Part shown: one piece after another, positions 1-9,810 of the stretch
Position numbering within the stretch: position 1 is the first letter of the stretch
How the letters are laid out: each line of letters opens with the position of its first letter
Origin: an uncultured Gammaproteobacteria bacterium
GTDB lineage: Bacteria > Patescibacteriota > Microgenomatia > Levybacterales > UBA12049
Length of the DNA: 51,105 nucleotides
Direction: 5' to 3'
Assembly (NCBI GenBank): GCA_964549385.1
Contig: CAZJVI010000002.1
Coordinates: 1-51,105, forward strand
Position numbers and translations under genes: made by a program
Notes under the pieces: model-generated
Seen by the model: the letters and a program-made list of their open reading frames with translations, nothing else
What the model was told of the DNA's origin: nothing
Database searches by the model: none

Positions 1-60
1 TTAGGTTTTAGAAAAATATTTTCTCTTACCTATTACCTAGCACCTAAAACCTAATATCTA
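1..60. repeat. Family A heptad-phased palindromic intergenic element (TAGGTNN / NNACCTA arms), truncated at the window edge
   Basis: The sequence ttaggttttagaaaaatattttctcttacctattacctagcacctaaaaccta is nearly identical to the copies at 2867-2947 and 3848-3926. It ends a few nt before the ATG at 65. Confidence 0.8.
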
Positions 61-64
61 ATTT

Positions 65-778
65 ATGGTAATTGATCCTATTTCACTTATATTTCTTACT
101 GCAGCGGTGACAACACTCGCTATTCTTCTATTTTTTCTTACCAGAGCATACACTCATTCCGTACAACAGCTTCATCAAACAGAGAAAATTAATACTCAAT
201 TGCAAAATCAACTCTCAGAAAAACCTATAAAACTTCTTGAACACGCGCATGAACAAATGCAAGAAATTATTGATCAAGCAAATAGGAAAGCCGCGGAAAT
301 TCTGGCAAGCAGTAAAACATATGAAGATAATTCAAGCAAGGTGCTAAAAGACAAACTTGATGAACTTGAGAAGCAACAGGCAATGGTTTTTGCAAAAGCA
401 TCCGATGACATGAAAATTGCGTATCAAAATCTTATGACGCAAATCCAAGAGCAAGATATCAATACGTTAAAAAATATGACAAAAGATATCGAAACAGATG
501 TCGTCGCCGACTTTAGAGAATTCCGCGACGCACTGGAAAAAGAAACCATCAACTCCGAAAAGGTAGTTAAAGAAAAAATTGATGAAGAATATCTCGCGCT
601 TGAGAAAGATCTGAATGAATACAAGCAAAAGAAATATCAAAAAATTGATGACGATATTTATAAAATTCTTTATCGGGTTTCTGAAATGGTACTTAATGAA
701 GGAATCTCCTATGACAAACAAAAAGCTTTGGTCTTGGATGCACTTGAAACAGCAAAGAAAGAACAAGTGTTTCAATAG
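65..778 (+). CDS. atpF: F-type ATP synthase Fo subunit b-like
   Basis: Single N-terminal TM helix (ISLIFLTAAVTTLAILLFFL) followed by a long charged coiled coil. It lies directly upstream of the delta-alpha-gamma-beta-epsilon genes. Confidence 0.7.
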   Translation: MVIDPISLIFLTAAVTTLAILLFFLTRAYTHSVQQLHQTEKINTQLQNQLSEKPIKLLEHAHEQMQEIIDQANRKAAEILASSKTYEDNSSKVLKDKLDELEKQQAMVFAKASDDMKIAYQNLMTQIQEQDINTLKNMTKDIETDVVADFREFRDALEKETINSEKVVKEKIDEEYLALEKDLNEYKQKKYQKIDDDIYKILYRVSEMVLNEGISYDKQKALVLDALETAKKEQVFQ

Positions 779-789
779 TCCCTAAATAT

Positions 790-1293
790 ATGCAAGATTC
801 TGCCTTTTTTGATAACATAATTGCCAAACTCCGCACCACTGAGGAGTGTACACAAGTAATTGCTTGCCTTGTAGAATGTTCTGTTCCTACGTTCTTCTCT
901 CTGACAAACGCGCAAAAAGAACTCATTTTCAGAAAACTTCCTATTCAAACTATTCCATTTTTTATTGAAACATTTGGCAAAACATCTTTTACGGCTGAAG
1001 AACAAATCGTTATCAAACGTCAAATCAATGTTCTTTTGGATAAATTTCGCACGTGCAAAAGTATTAAATTAATACTAGCATTTCGACCCAATGAGGAAAC
1101 GATTTCTTTTTTCTCAGACTGGATCAAAAAAAATGTCAAAGCAGATCTTCTGATTGATTTACAGTTTGACAAATCAATCGTGGGAGGAGCACAGCTCATC
1201 GCAAATGGCATGTACAAAGATTATTCTGTCAAAAAAAAGCTCGCCGACAGATTCCAAATCCAACGGGAGGAAATTATGGCTCTTTTAAATTAG
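790..1293 (+). CDS. atpH: F-type ATP synthase subunit delta (OSCP)
   Basis: Size and C-terminal pattern (SIVGGAQLIANGMYKDYSVKKKL) are typical of OSCP/delta. It sits between the b and alpha genes. Confidence 0.75.
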   Translation: MQDSAFFDNIIAKLRTTEECTQVIACLVECSVPTFFSLTNAQKELIFRKLPIQTIPFFIETFGKTSFTAEEQIVIKRQINVLLDKFRTCKSIKLILAFRPNEETISFFSDWIKKNVKADLLIDLQFDKSIVGGAQLIANGMYKDYSVKKKLADRFQIQREEIMALLN

Positions 1294-1373
1294 GTGATAG
1301 GTACTAGGTGTCAGGTTCTAGAAAAAATATTTTCTATTACCTATTACCTAGCACCTAATCCCTAATACCTAAC
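1291..1373. repeat. Family A heptad-phased palindromic element
   Basis: taggtgataggtactaggtgtcaggttctagaaaaaatattttctattacctattacctagcacctaatccctaatacctaacc. The first TAG is the atpH stop codon, and the atpA ATG follows at 1376. Confidence 0.85.
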
Positions 1374-1375
1374 CT

Positions 1376-2869
1376 ATGAGGACTTTTCAGCAATATCTTA
1401 ACGCAACAGAAGAAATTGGATTTATCGAAGCATGCAATCAGTCTATAGTGTATGCAAGCGGTCTTCCTAACGCAACACTACAGGAGATTGTCATTTTTGA
1501 AAATGGTGAACTTGGTCTTATCCTCTCTATGAGTCGCGACCAAGTCGAGATACTACTCTTTTCACAAGCTTCTATTAAAGAAGGCCTCCGTGTTACCAGA
1601 ACAGGAGTTAAACAAGAAATACCCGTGGGGTTTGAGCTTCTTGGGAAATCCATTGATCCATTCGGTCAACCCCTTAACGCAAGTCAAACAATTACACCAC
1701 CCAAACTCTCCCGTCCGATTGACATCAGTCCAACGGGAATTAACACAAGAAAACGAATTGAACAACCTTTTGAAACAGGTGTTACCTTGGTTGATATGCT
1801 CATCCCTCTTGGCAAAGGACAACGAGAATTGGTGATCGGAGATAGAAAAACCGGAAAAACAAGTTTTTTATATCAAACTATACTCAAACAGGCAAGTATT
1901 GGAACAATTTGTATCTATGCTGGGATTGGGAAGAAAAAAACTGATATCAAAAAGATTGAAGCATTTTTCCAAGCGGCAGGAATTCAAAATAATACTGTCA
2001 TAATCGCCTCCAGTTCTGAAGATCCAGCAGGAGTTATCTATCTCACACCGTATGCGGCAATGACTCTTGCAGAGTATTTTCGAGATGAAGGGCATGATGT
2101 TCTCATCGTTATGGATGATCTTTTTACTCATGCGAAATTTTATCGAGAAATTATGTTGATCGGCAAACGCTTTCCCGGCAGAAACGCCTACCCTGCTGAC
2201 ATTTTTTACACGCATGCACGGCTGATTGAACGCGCTGGAAATTTTGTCCTCGCAGATGGCAGTGAACACGCAATTACGTGTTTGCCTGTTGTGGAATCCG
2301 TTGAAGGTGATATTGCAGGATTTATTCAAACCAATCTTATGTCAATGACTGATGGACACATTTATTTTGACGTTGATATGTTCGGCAAAGGCAACCGTCC
2401 GGCGATCAATCCATTCGTTTCAGTCAGTCGTGTTGGACGTCAAACACAAACGCCGCTTCGTTTGAGTATTAATCGTGAGTTAATCAGCTTTCTCACACTC
2501 TATAACAAACTTGAAAGTTACAGTCACTTCTCAGCAGAAGCTGGAAATGACATCAAAAGGACACTATCAGTTGCTGAAAGAATTTTTGGATTTTTTAATC
2601 AAGGTGCAAATGAAGTAAAAAATATTGACTTACAGATTATTATTTTCTGCCTCTTGTGGGCAGATTATTGGCAAGATATGATAAAAATGGAAAAAGACAT
2701 CATCGTGATAAATCAAACATACAAGTCAAGTGTTTCAGCACAGGCATTGGTAAAGGAACTAACAACGAGCGTTCAATCACTCAATGAACTGTTACAAGCA
2801 GTAAAAAAACAACAGGATAGAATTCTTAGAACATTCGGCGTTCAAGTGGTGACAGCAACGAATATCTAG
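1376..2869 (+). CDS. atpA: F-type ATP synthase subunit alpha
   Basis: Walker A GDRKTGKTS, conserved alpha core (VYLTPYAAMTLAEYFRDEGHDVLIVMDDL), and operon position. Confidence 0.93.
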   Translation: MRTFQQYLNATEEIGFIEACNQSIVYASGLPNATLQEIVIFENGELGLILSMSRDQVEILLFSQASIKEGLRVTRTGVKQEIPVGFELLGKSIDPFGQPLNASQTITPPKLSRPIDISPTGINTRKRIEQPFETGVTLVDMLIPLGKGQRELVIGDRKTGKTSFLYQTILKQASIGTICIYAGIGKKKTDIKKIEAFFQAAGIQNNTVIIASSSEDPAGVIYLTPYAAMTLAEYFRDEGHDVLIVMDDLFTHAKFYREIMLIGKRFPGRNAYPADIFYTHARLIERAGNFVLADGSEHAITCLPVVESVEGDIAGFIQTNLMSMTDGHIYFDVDMFGKGNRPAINPFVSVSRVGRQTQTPLRLSINRELISFLTLYNKLESYSHFSAEAGNDIKRTLSVAERIFGFFNQGANEVKNIDLQIIIFCLLWADYWQDMIKMEKDIIVINQTYKSSVSAQALVKELTTSVQSLNELLQAVKKQQDRILRTFGVQVVTATNI

Positions 2870-2947
2870 GTAATAGATACTAGGTGTTAGGTTCTAGAAA
2901 AATATTTTCTCTTACCTATTACCTAGCACCTAAAACCTAGTACCTAA
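2867..2947. repeat. Family A heptad-phased palindromic element
   Basis: taggtaatagatactaggtgttaggttctagaaaaatattttctcttacctattacctagcacctaaaacctagtacctaa. The first TAG is the atpA stop codon. Confidence 0.85.
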
Positions 2948-2950
2948 ACT

Positions 2951-3847
2951 ATGAATTACTTAAAAACTATTTTGGTACAAATGGAAGATTTAACAGGCAT
3001 CAAAGATATTTTTGGTGCATCTGAAGAAATCGCAAGTATGAAAATGCGCGGCATCCGCACTAAAGTATTGTTAAGCCGTGATATGAACGCGGAATTAACC
3101 GAGATTTATCGGGAAGTAAAAACGTCGTACAAAAATCAACTCATTCTCTTGACCCAAGAAAAAGGAGGAAAAAAAGTAACTAATTCTGCAAACGCAGAGG
3201 ATATTACGCTCAAGTCAGGAAATGGCAAAGGAGCTTGCGTCTTTCTGTCGGCAAATTCAGGCTTGTTCAGCAACATTCTTGAAAAAACATTTCAAGAATT
3301 CACTGAATATCTTGATAAACATAAAGAAGCAGATCCGATCGTCATTGGAGAATTTGGTAAAACACTTTTTAAGAATCATTATCCTGGCAGAGTTTTTATA
3401 TTTTATTCCCTTGCAGAAGGGAAAGCGACTGAAGACTCGCTAAGAAGAGTCACACAGGATCTTAGTTCTTACTCAAATGTTGTTATCTATTATGCACGTT
3501 TTGAGACAATGGCGCATCAGACGTCAACAATTCTTGATGTTTCAGGAGAAGAAGATAGCACCCCCCAAACTCCCGTCACGATGGCTCATTATCTCTTCGA
3601 GCCTTCACTTGAAAAAATTATTACGTTTTTTGAATCGGAAATTTTTGCCGGTATTATTCAGCAGACCGTCACTGAATCAGAACTTGCTCAATATGCATCG
3701 CGCATCACAACACTTGATATGGCACGGGAAAATATTAACAGACAGCTCAAGATAATTAATCTGCAAAAGCGTTTTGCAATGCACCGTCTTATGAATAAAA
3801 AACAAACAGAAGCACTAACAGGAATATCGTTATGGAAAGTTAGATAA
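2951..3847 (+). CDS. atpG: F-type ATP synthase subunit gamma
   Basis: About 300 aa, located between the alpha and beta genes, with helical N and C termini typical of gamma (N-terminal IKDIFGASEEIASMKMRGIR). Confidence 0.75.
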   Translation: MNYLKTILVQMEDLTGIKDIFGASEEIASMKMRGIRTKVLLSRDMNAELTEIYREVKTSYKNQLILLTQEKGGKKVTNSANAEDITLKSGNGKGACVFLSANSGLFSNILEKTFQEFTEYLDKHKEADPIVIGEFGKTLFKNHYPGRVFIFYSLAEGKATEDSLRRVTQDLSSYSNVVIYYARFETMAHQTSTILDVSGEEDSTPQTPVTMAHYLFEPSLEKIITFFESEIFAGIIQQTVTESELAQYASRITTLDMARENINRQLKIINLQKRFAMHRLMNKKQTEALTGISLWKVR

Positions 3848-3926
3848 GGTGATAGGTACTAGGTGTTAGGTTTTAGAAAAATATTTTCTCTTACCTATTA
3901 CCTAGCACCTAATCCCTAATACCTAA
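3848..3926. repeat. Family A heptad-phased palindromic element
   Basis: ggtgataggtactaggtgttaggttttagaaaaatattttctcttacctattacctagcacctaatccctaatacctaa. It lies between the atpG stop and the atpD ATG (3930). Confidence 0.85.
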
Positions 3927-3929
3927 TCT

Positions 3930-5307
<1,378 letters not shown>

Positions 5308-5311
5308 AAGA

Positions 5312-5401
5312 AGGTAATAGGTACTAGGTTTTAGGTAATAGAAAATAATTAATAAATAACTACTAGCACCTAGCACCTAGCACCTAGCACCTAGCACCTA
5401 A
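5312..5401. repeat. Family A element whose right arm is a perfect tandem (TAGCACC)x5
   Basis: Left arm aggtaataggtactaggttttaggtaatag. Five exact TAGCACC heptamers lie at 5364-5398, then taatct and the ATG at 5405. Confidence 0.9.
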
Positions 5402-5404
5402 TCT

Positions 5405-5707
5405 ATGGCAGATAACCAATCAAAAAATATCAATCAATCAACTAATGGATCAGGAGAAACGATTCATGTAATAATCCGCAACCGGACACAAATACTTTTT
5501 GATGATGAAGTAAAATCTGTCACGTCAAAAAACGACACAGGGATCTTTGATGTTCTACCGGAGCATACAAATTTTATCTCACTTATCACCAGTCCTCTCG
5601 TTCTTGGCAAAGTTGATGGACAAAAACAGGAAATTGTCTTTCAAAATGGCCTTATTAAAGTCAAAGACAATGCAGTTTTCTGCTATGTGGATCTGTTATC
5701 AAAGTAA
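5405..5707 (+). CDS. atpC: F-type ATP synthase subunit epsilon (short form, beta-sandwich domain only)
   Basis: Last gene of the atp cluster. The pattern IHVIIRNRTQILFDDEVKSVTSKNDTGIFDVLPEHTNFISLI matches the epsilon N-terminal domain. Confidence 0.75.
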   Translation: MADNQSKNINQSTNGSGETIHVIIRNRTQILFDDEVKSVTSKNDTGIFDVLPEHTNFISLITSPLVLGKVDGQKQEIVFQNGLIKVKDNAVFCYVDLLSK

Positions 5708-5708
5708 A

Positions 5709-5788
5709 TTAGGTAATAGGTACTAGGGATCAGGTAATAGAAAAATAACTGATAAATAATTGCTAGTACCTAGCACCTATTACCTAGT
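5709..5788. repeat. Family A heptad-phased palindromic element between convergent atpC and ndk
   Basis: ttaggtaataggtactagggatcaggtaatagaaaaataactgataaataattgctagtacctagcacctattacctagtaa. Confidence 0.8.
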
Positions 5789-5796
5789 AACTCTAC

Positions 5797-6264
5797 TCAC
5801 TTCTTCCGTTCGTCTTCGAGGTAGATGTGGACTTCATCAATTTTCTGCCAATCAAAAACCTCCTCAGAGGTAAAAATAATTTTTCTTTCTCTTTCAGCTG
5901 CCTCAATATTTTCTGAAGCATGGATCAAATTGTATTGCTGACTCATCGCAAAATCGCCACGAATCGTGCCAGGAGACGCTTCTCGAGCTTTGGTAATGCC
6001 AATCATCGTCCGAACCGTTGAGACAGCTTCAACGCCTTCCCACAGCATTGCGACAATCGGATATGATTTCATGTAGCTCTTAAGCCCTGGGAAAAACGGT
6101 TTATCTTTATGATGGACATACCATTCATCAAGAATAGCATCTGTCAATGAAACCATTTTGATTGAAGAAAGCTTGAGCCCTTTATGCTCAAAACGAGAAA
6201 TGATCTCACCAATAAGTCCTCTTTGTACGCCATCTGGTTTTACTAAAACAACTGTCTGTTCCAT
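5797..6264 (-). CDS. ndk: Nucleoside diphosphate kinase
   Basis: VVLVKPDGVQRGLIGEIISRFE, catalytic-His context NLIHASE, and a length of 155 aa. Confidence 0.9.
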   Translation of the reverse strand: MEQTVVLVKPDGVQRGLIGEIISRFEHKGLKLSSIKMVSLTDAILDEWYVHHKDKPFFPGLKSYMKSYPIVAMLWEGVEAVSTVRTMIGITKAREASPGTIRGDFAMSQQYNLIHASENIEAAERERKIIFTSEEVFDWQKIDEVHIYLEDERKK

Positions 6265-6276
6265 AATTTTTATTTT

Positions 6277-6339
6277 GAATAAAGAGTAATGAATACAGAA
6301 TAATGATCTTTACTCTTTAATCATTATTCTTTAATCTCT
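6277..6339. repeat. Family B heptad-phased palindromic element (GATTAAN / NTTAATC arms)
   Basis: Nine 7-nt units: gaataaa gagtaat gaataca gaataat gatcttt actcttt aatcatt attcttt aatctct. Confidence 0.8.
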
Positions 6340-7612
6340 ATAATTTTAACAATTCTTCTAATTTTTGTCCATCCTGAAAATTGCCGATAAGTGCAAGATT
6401 GAGTGTCTGTTCTTTGAAAAATTCTTTTCCGACAGCTTCAATATCTTCTTTGGTCACGTTATCAATCTGTTGGATAACTTCTTCTGGGGTTTCTATTTTT
6501 TCTTCAAGCAGTTCCTGATGCGCATAGAATCCAGACACTGACCTACTGTCTTCAAGATCCAAAACTAAATGACCTTTAAGAAATTCTTTTGAACGCGTAA
6601 TCTCTTCATCAGTCAACGCCATTTCCCCACGTGAGACTTTACTGTATTCCGCAACCATCACTTCAACCGCCTCAATCACCCTTTTTGGATCAATTCCTGC
6701 AGTCGTGGCAACTGTTCCTACATCGGCATATTCATCAGAACTCGTACGGACATAATATGCAAGTCCGCGTTTTTCTCTAATTTCATGGAATAATCTCGAA
6801 GACATCCCGCCACCCAAAATTGCTGACAAAATAGAAAGCGGATAGCGCTTGGGTGAGCTTATTGGTATTGTCCTCACACCAAGTGAGATATGGATCTGCT
6901 CTGTTTGTTTTTGTTTAACGAGTACTGCTGGTTTATTTTGCGCTTCATGCAATGGCTCAAACATCTTTGGCTGGAAATCTTTCATCTGACCAAAATATTT
7001 CTCAACCAACGTATACACTTCATCCGTGTCAATGCCACCTGCAATGACAACAGTTAAATTAGAAGCACTATATAATTCACTAAGATATGTCAAAAAATCT
7101 GTTCGTGTAATGCTTCGTATGATATCTTTATCCCCTGCTATGTCCCATCCCATCGGTGTATCGCCATAAAGCAATTGTTCGTAAATGTCACCGATTTTTC
7201 TTGCAGGCATGTCTTCATAAAGATTTATTTCTTCAATAATGACGCCTTTTTCTTTTTCAATTTCTTCAGGATCAAATTTAGAATGTAGGAGCATATCAGA
7301 GAGAACATCAATCGAAGTCTCAATCTTATCTTTGGCGGATTTTATGTAATAGCCGGTTGTCTCTTTGCCAGTAAATGCATTGAATTCCCCACCCATTCCA
7401 TCAATCAAACTTGAAATATCCATTGCAGTCGGCCGTTTTTCCGTTCCTTTGAATGCCATGTGTTCAAGAAAATGAGAAATTCCGCTGTTTTTTCGATTCT
7501 CATAGCGGCTCCCTGCTCCTGCCATGACAAGAACGGTAGCACTTTCAAACGAAGGCATGGGAACGGTAAGAACTCGAAGACCATTTGAAAAAACTTTGCG
7601 GTTATATGTCAT
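6338..7612 (-). CDS. M16 family (insulinase-like) zinc peptidase
   Basis: Inverted zinc motif HFLEHMAFKGT. The likely start is MTYNRKVFSNGLRVLTV at 7612, because the longer ORF that runs to 7699 passes through the family B repeat. Confidence 0.8.
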   Translation of the reverse strand: MTYNRKVFSNGLRVLTVPMPSFESATVLVMAGAGSRYENRKNSGISHFLEHMAFKGTEKRPTAMDISSLIDGMGGEFNAFTGKETTGYYIKSAKDKIETSIDVLSDMLLHSKFDPEEIEKEKGVIIEEINLYEDMPARKIGDIYEQLLYGDTPMGWDIAGDKDIIRSITRTDFLTYLSELYSASNLTVVIAGGIDTDEVYTLVEKYFGQMKDFQPKMFEPLHEAQNKPAVLVKQKQTEQIHISLGVRTIPISSPKRYPLSILSAILGGGMSSRLFHEIREKRGLAYYVRTSSDEYADVGTVATTAGIDPKRVIEAVEVMVAEYSKVSRGEMALTDEEITRSKEFLKGHLVLDLEDSRSVSGFYAHQELLEEKIETPEEVIQQIDNVTKEDIEAVGKEFFKEQTLNLALIGNFQDGQKLEELLKL

Positions 7613-7664
7613 AAGAAATCCATTGTAACACGTCACACGTGGTTTTCCAAATAAGATCTCTTGG

Positions 7665-7734
7665 GTTAAAGAATAATGATTAAAGATTAATGATAACAAA
7701 CTCTTTATTCTGTATTCATTAATCTTTAATCAAG
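7665..7734. repeat. Family B heptad-phased palindromic element
   Basis: Its reverse complement shares an exact 30-mer, gattaaagattaatgaatacagaataaaga, with the copy at 46158-46229. Confidence 0.85.
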
Positions 7735-7744
7735 ACTCAAGGGA

Positions 7745-9739
7745 TTACTGTCCACTTACATTGCTGAGCTCTCTGAGGAATAAGTTTAAATCATCTTGAT
7801 TGACAGCTCCGTCATCATTGAGATCTGATAACGCATTGTTTGTTGGATTGCAATTTGTTGCAGGGAACAAGTCACTGTAGCATCCCATGAGGACATTGTA
7901 GTCAAGAATATTGAGATTATTATTATTGTCCACATCTCCTGCAATAAGTCCGACATAAGGAAGGTTTGCCGGTTGGCCTGAAGTAATTGTCTGAATACCC
8001 GGGACAATTGCTGTTAAGAATTGATTTGTCGTCACTTTTACCGTATAGAGACCTGTCACAAAGTTCTGTCCGAGATCAACGGTGCCGGTGAACTTACCAG
8101 AGTTTGCATCATAGGTAATTACCCCCTGCGGATTTGCAACCGGTTGGTTTTGCGAATTTAAAACAGTTACAGTAATTGTCCTCTGCGGATGAAGAGGGTT
8201 CATAGTTCCATCGCAAGCAGAAGGAGGATTGACAACAGTGCAATCAGATAACGTGTTCGTTCTATTATCGCCAGCACTACCAATTCCATGCAAACCGACA
8301 TTCAAATTAACAATCGTATCTCCAGGAACAGGCGTTGCAATCGGAGACAGCATAGGTGTAGGCATTGTTGTTGGAGCAACAAAAGCAGTTGGAGCAGTTG
8401 TTGGTGCTGGAACTGAAGTTGGTTGTGGTGTTGGCATTGAAGTTGGAGGCAATAATGTCGGCTGTGTTGGTGCGACAGCAGGCAATAACGACACTCCTAT
8501 ATCATACCAATTGTCTGTCGAGCTATCTGACCAGCTAAGCGTAGTTGTTGATCCTGCGCTCGGTGCATAGGAAGAGGCAGAAGCGGGAGAAGCCATATCT
8601 TTATTCCACACTGCACTTTGTCCTGTACCCGAAGGCCTAATCCCTGTTGCAGCTGTCCAAGCAACCATATCAATCGGAAGCTGATTTGGGCCGCTTGGTA
8701 CATTATTAGTAAATGAGTTTGAGTTACCGGAAGTTGTATTAACTGTCCCAAAAGGCGTGGTTTGATTAACATTATAATAATCTGCTGCTCCGATAACATA
8801 CGTCGTGGTTCCTGTAAAATGAACCGTGACAGTATGATTGCCTGTCGCGGGGGCTACTAAATACCACAACTCATCATCTTCTTTTCCCGAATCGAATGTA
8901 GACGATTTCAGTTTGGTAAATGTCTGTGACCCCCACGTAGGAGGAGAGCTTGTGTTTACTGTTACTCCGCCAAGAGCATCATACAATCCTACACCTAAGA
9001 TGATTACCTCATTTGTATCCGAGTTGCTTACGGTCAAGTTTGTTACTGTCCCCGAAGTTGCAGCATTATTACCAGCGTCGTTCACTGCAGATGAATCTAT
9101 AGCAGGTGTTAAGTTACCAGACACCTGAGTTATTGGAGTGGAAGCAGTACCCGTTGAATAACTTACATTATCAATCCATACAGTTCCGGTAGCTGAGGCA
9201 AGGTTAAAACCAACGAATACATCTGAGTTTGATACCGGAGCAGTAAATGTGTAAGAATATTGCTGCCATGAGGTAGTAATGTTTGAGGAATTTTCACTAT
9301 ATACAGGATAAGGACTTGTATTAGATTGTACTACGCTGCCAATTTGTCTATTTGACGAAGCTTTCGCCCAGAAAGTAACTGTGTATGTTTGCCCGGCAGT
9401 CATTGGCAAATAAAGTTCCTGAAGTTGTACATACCAATTGTTGCTGTTGGCACTAGTAATATTTACCTGTGCAGCAGAAGCGCCATCTTCAGGATTGCTC
9501 GTCGTCGTGGTAAAATTTCCTGCGGCCGGAGAAGTTACAGCTAAATGCCAATTTGCTGTCCCGCTTTCAAAGGAAGGGTTGAGGAGAATATTTGTAGCAC
9601 TTGAAGCATGACTTGCAGATTTCTCTTGTTGCATAGCGCTATTGACGGTAAAAAATACAGCACCCATGAGGATAACGACAGCAAGGAGTGATAATTGTGA
9701 AGCGCGTGAGAATTTATGAATCTGAGGTATATTGTGCAT
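7745..9739 (-). CDS. Secreted surface protein: signal anchor, CBM-like domain, Pro/Thr linker and C-terminal dockerin-like repeats
   Basis: N-terminal hydrophobic anchor. LLNPSFESGTANWHL is typical of CBM4/9-like modules. PT-rich linker PTQPTLLPPTSMPTPQPTSVPAPTTAPT. The C terminus has GDVDNNNNLNILDYNVL and SDLNDDGAVNQDDLNLF, which are dockerin-type Ca-binding repeats. Confidence 0.6.
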   Translation of the reverse strand: MHNIPQIHKFSRASQLSLLAVVILMGAVFFTVNSAMQQEKSASHASSATNILLNPSFESGTANWHLAVTSPAAGNFTTTTSNPEDGASAAQVNITSANSNNWYVQLQELYLPMTAGQTYTVTFWAKASSNRQIGSVVQSNTSPYPVYSENSSNITTSWQQYSYTFTAPVSNSDVFVGFNLASATGTVWIDNVSYSTGTASTPITQVSGNLTPAIDSSAVNDAGNNAATSGTVTNLTVSNSDTNEVIILGVGLYDALGGVTVNTSSPPTWGSQTFTKLKSSTFDSGKEDDELWYLVAPATGNHTVTVHFTGTTTYVIGAADYYNVNQTTPFGTVNTTSGNSNSFTNNVPSGPNQLPIDMVAWTAATGIRPSGTGQSAVWNKDMASPASASSYAPSAGSTTTLSWSDSSTDNWYDIGVSLLPAVAPTQPTLLPPTSMPTPQPTSVPAPTTAPTAFVAPTTMPTPMLSPIATPVPGDTIVNLNVGLHGIGSAGDNRTNTLSDCTVVNPPSACDGTMNPLHPQRTITVTVLNSQNQPVANPQGVITYDANSGKFTGTVDLGQNFVTGLYTVKVTTNQFLTAIVPGIQTITSGQPANLPYVGLIAGDVDNNNNLNILDYNVLMGCYSDLFPATNCNPTNNALSDLNDDGAVNQDDLNLFLRELSNVSGQ

Positions 9740-9810
9740 ATATAAAAGTTCCCTCTAAAAAAGGAGAACTAATATTAGTAGATCAGATATGCTACAAGTT
9801 TGTCAAGAAG

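Noticed and set aside
5364-5398. Tandem (TAGCACC)x5, and the regularly spaced repeats in the atp operon, considered as a CRISPR array
   Set aside because: The units are 7 nt with no spacers. The larger elements are separated by full-length conserved genes rather than 25-50 nt spacers, and no cas genes are present.
7613-7699. The N-terminal 29-aa extension of the M16 peptidase ORF
   Set aside because: It reads through the family B repeat (translated as MLSLIFNHYSL...). The conserved protein begins at MTYNRK (7612).
8229-9128. Plus-strand ORFs antisense to the CBM/dockerin gene, and similar antisense ORFs within argS, leuS, the HK gene, rho, radA and the S1 gene
   Set aside because: Each is nested in a well-supported gene on the opposite strand. 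Their low-complexity translations are typical of shadow frames.
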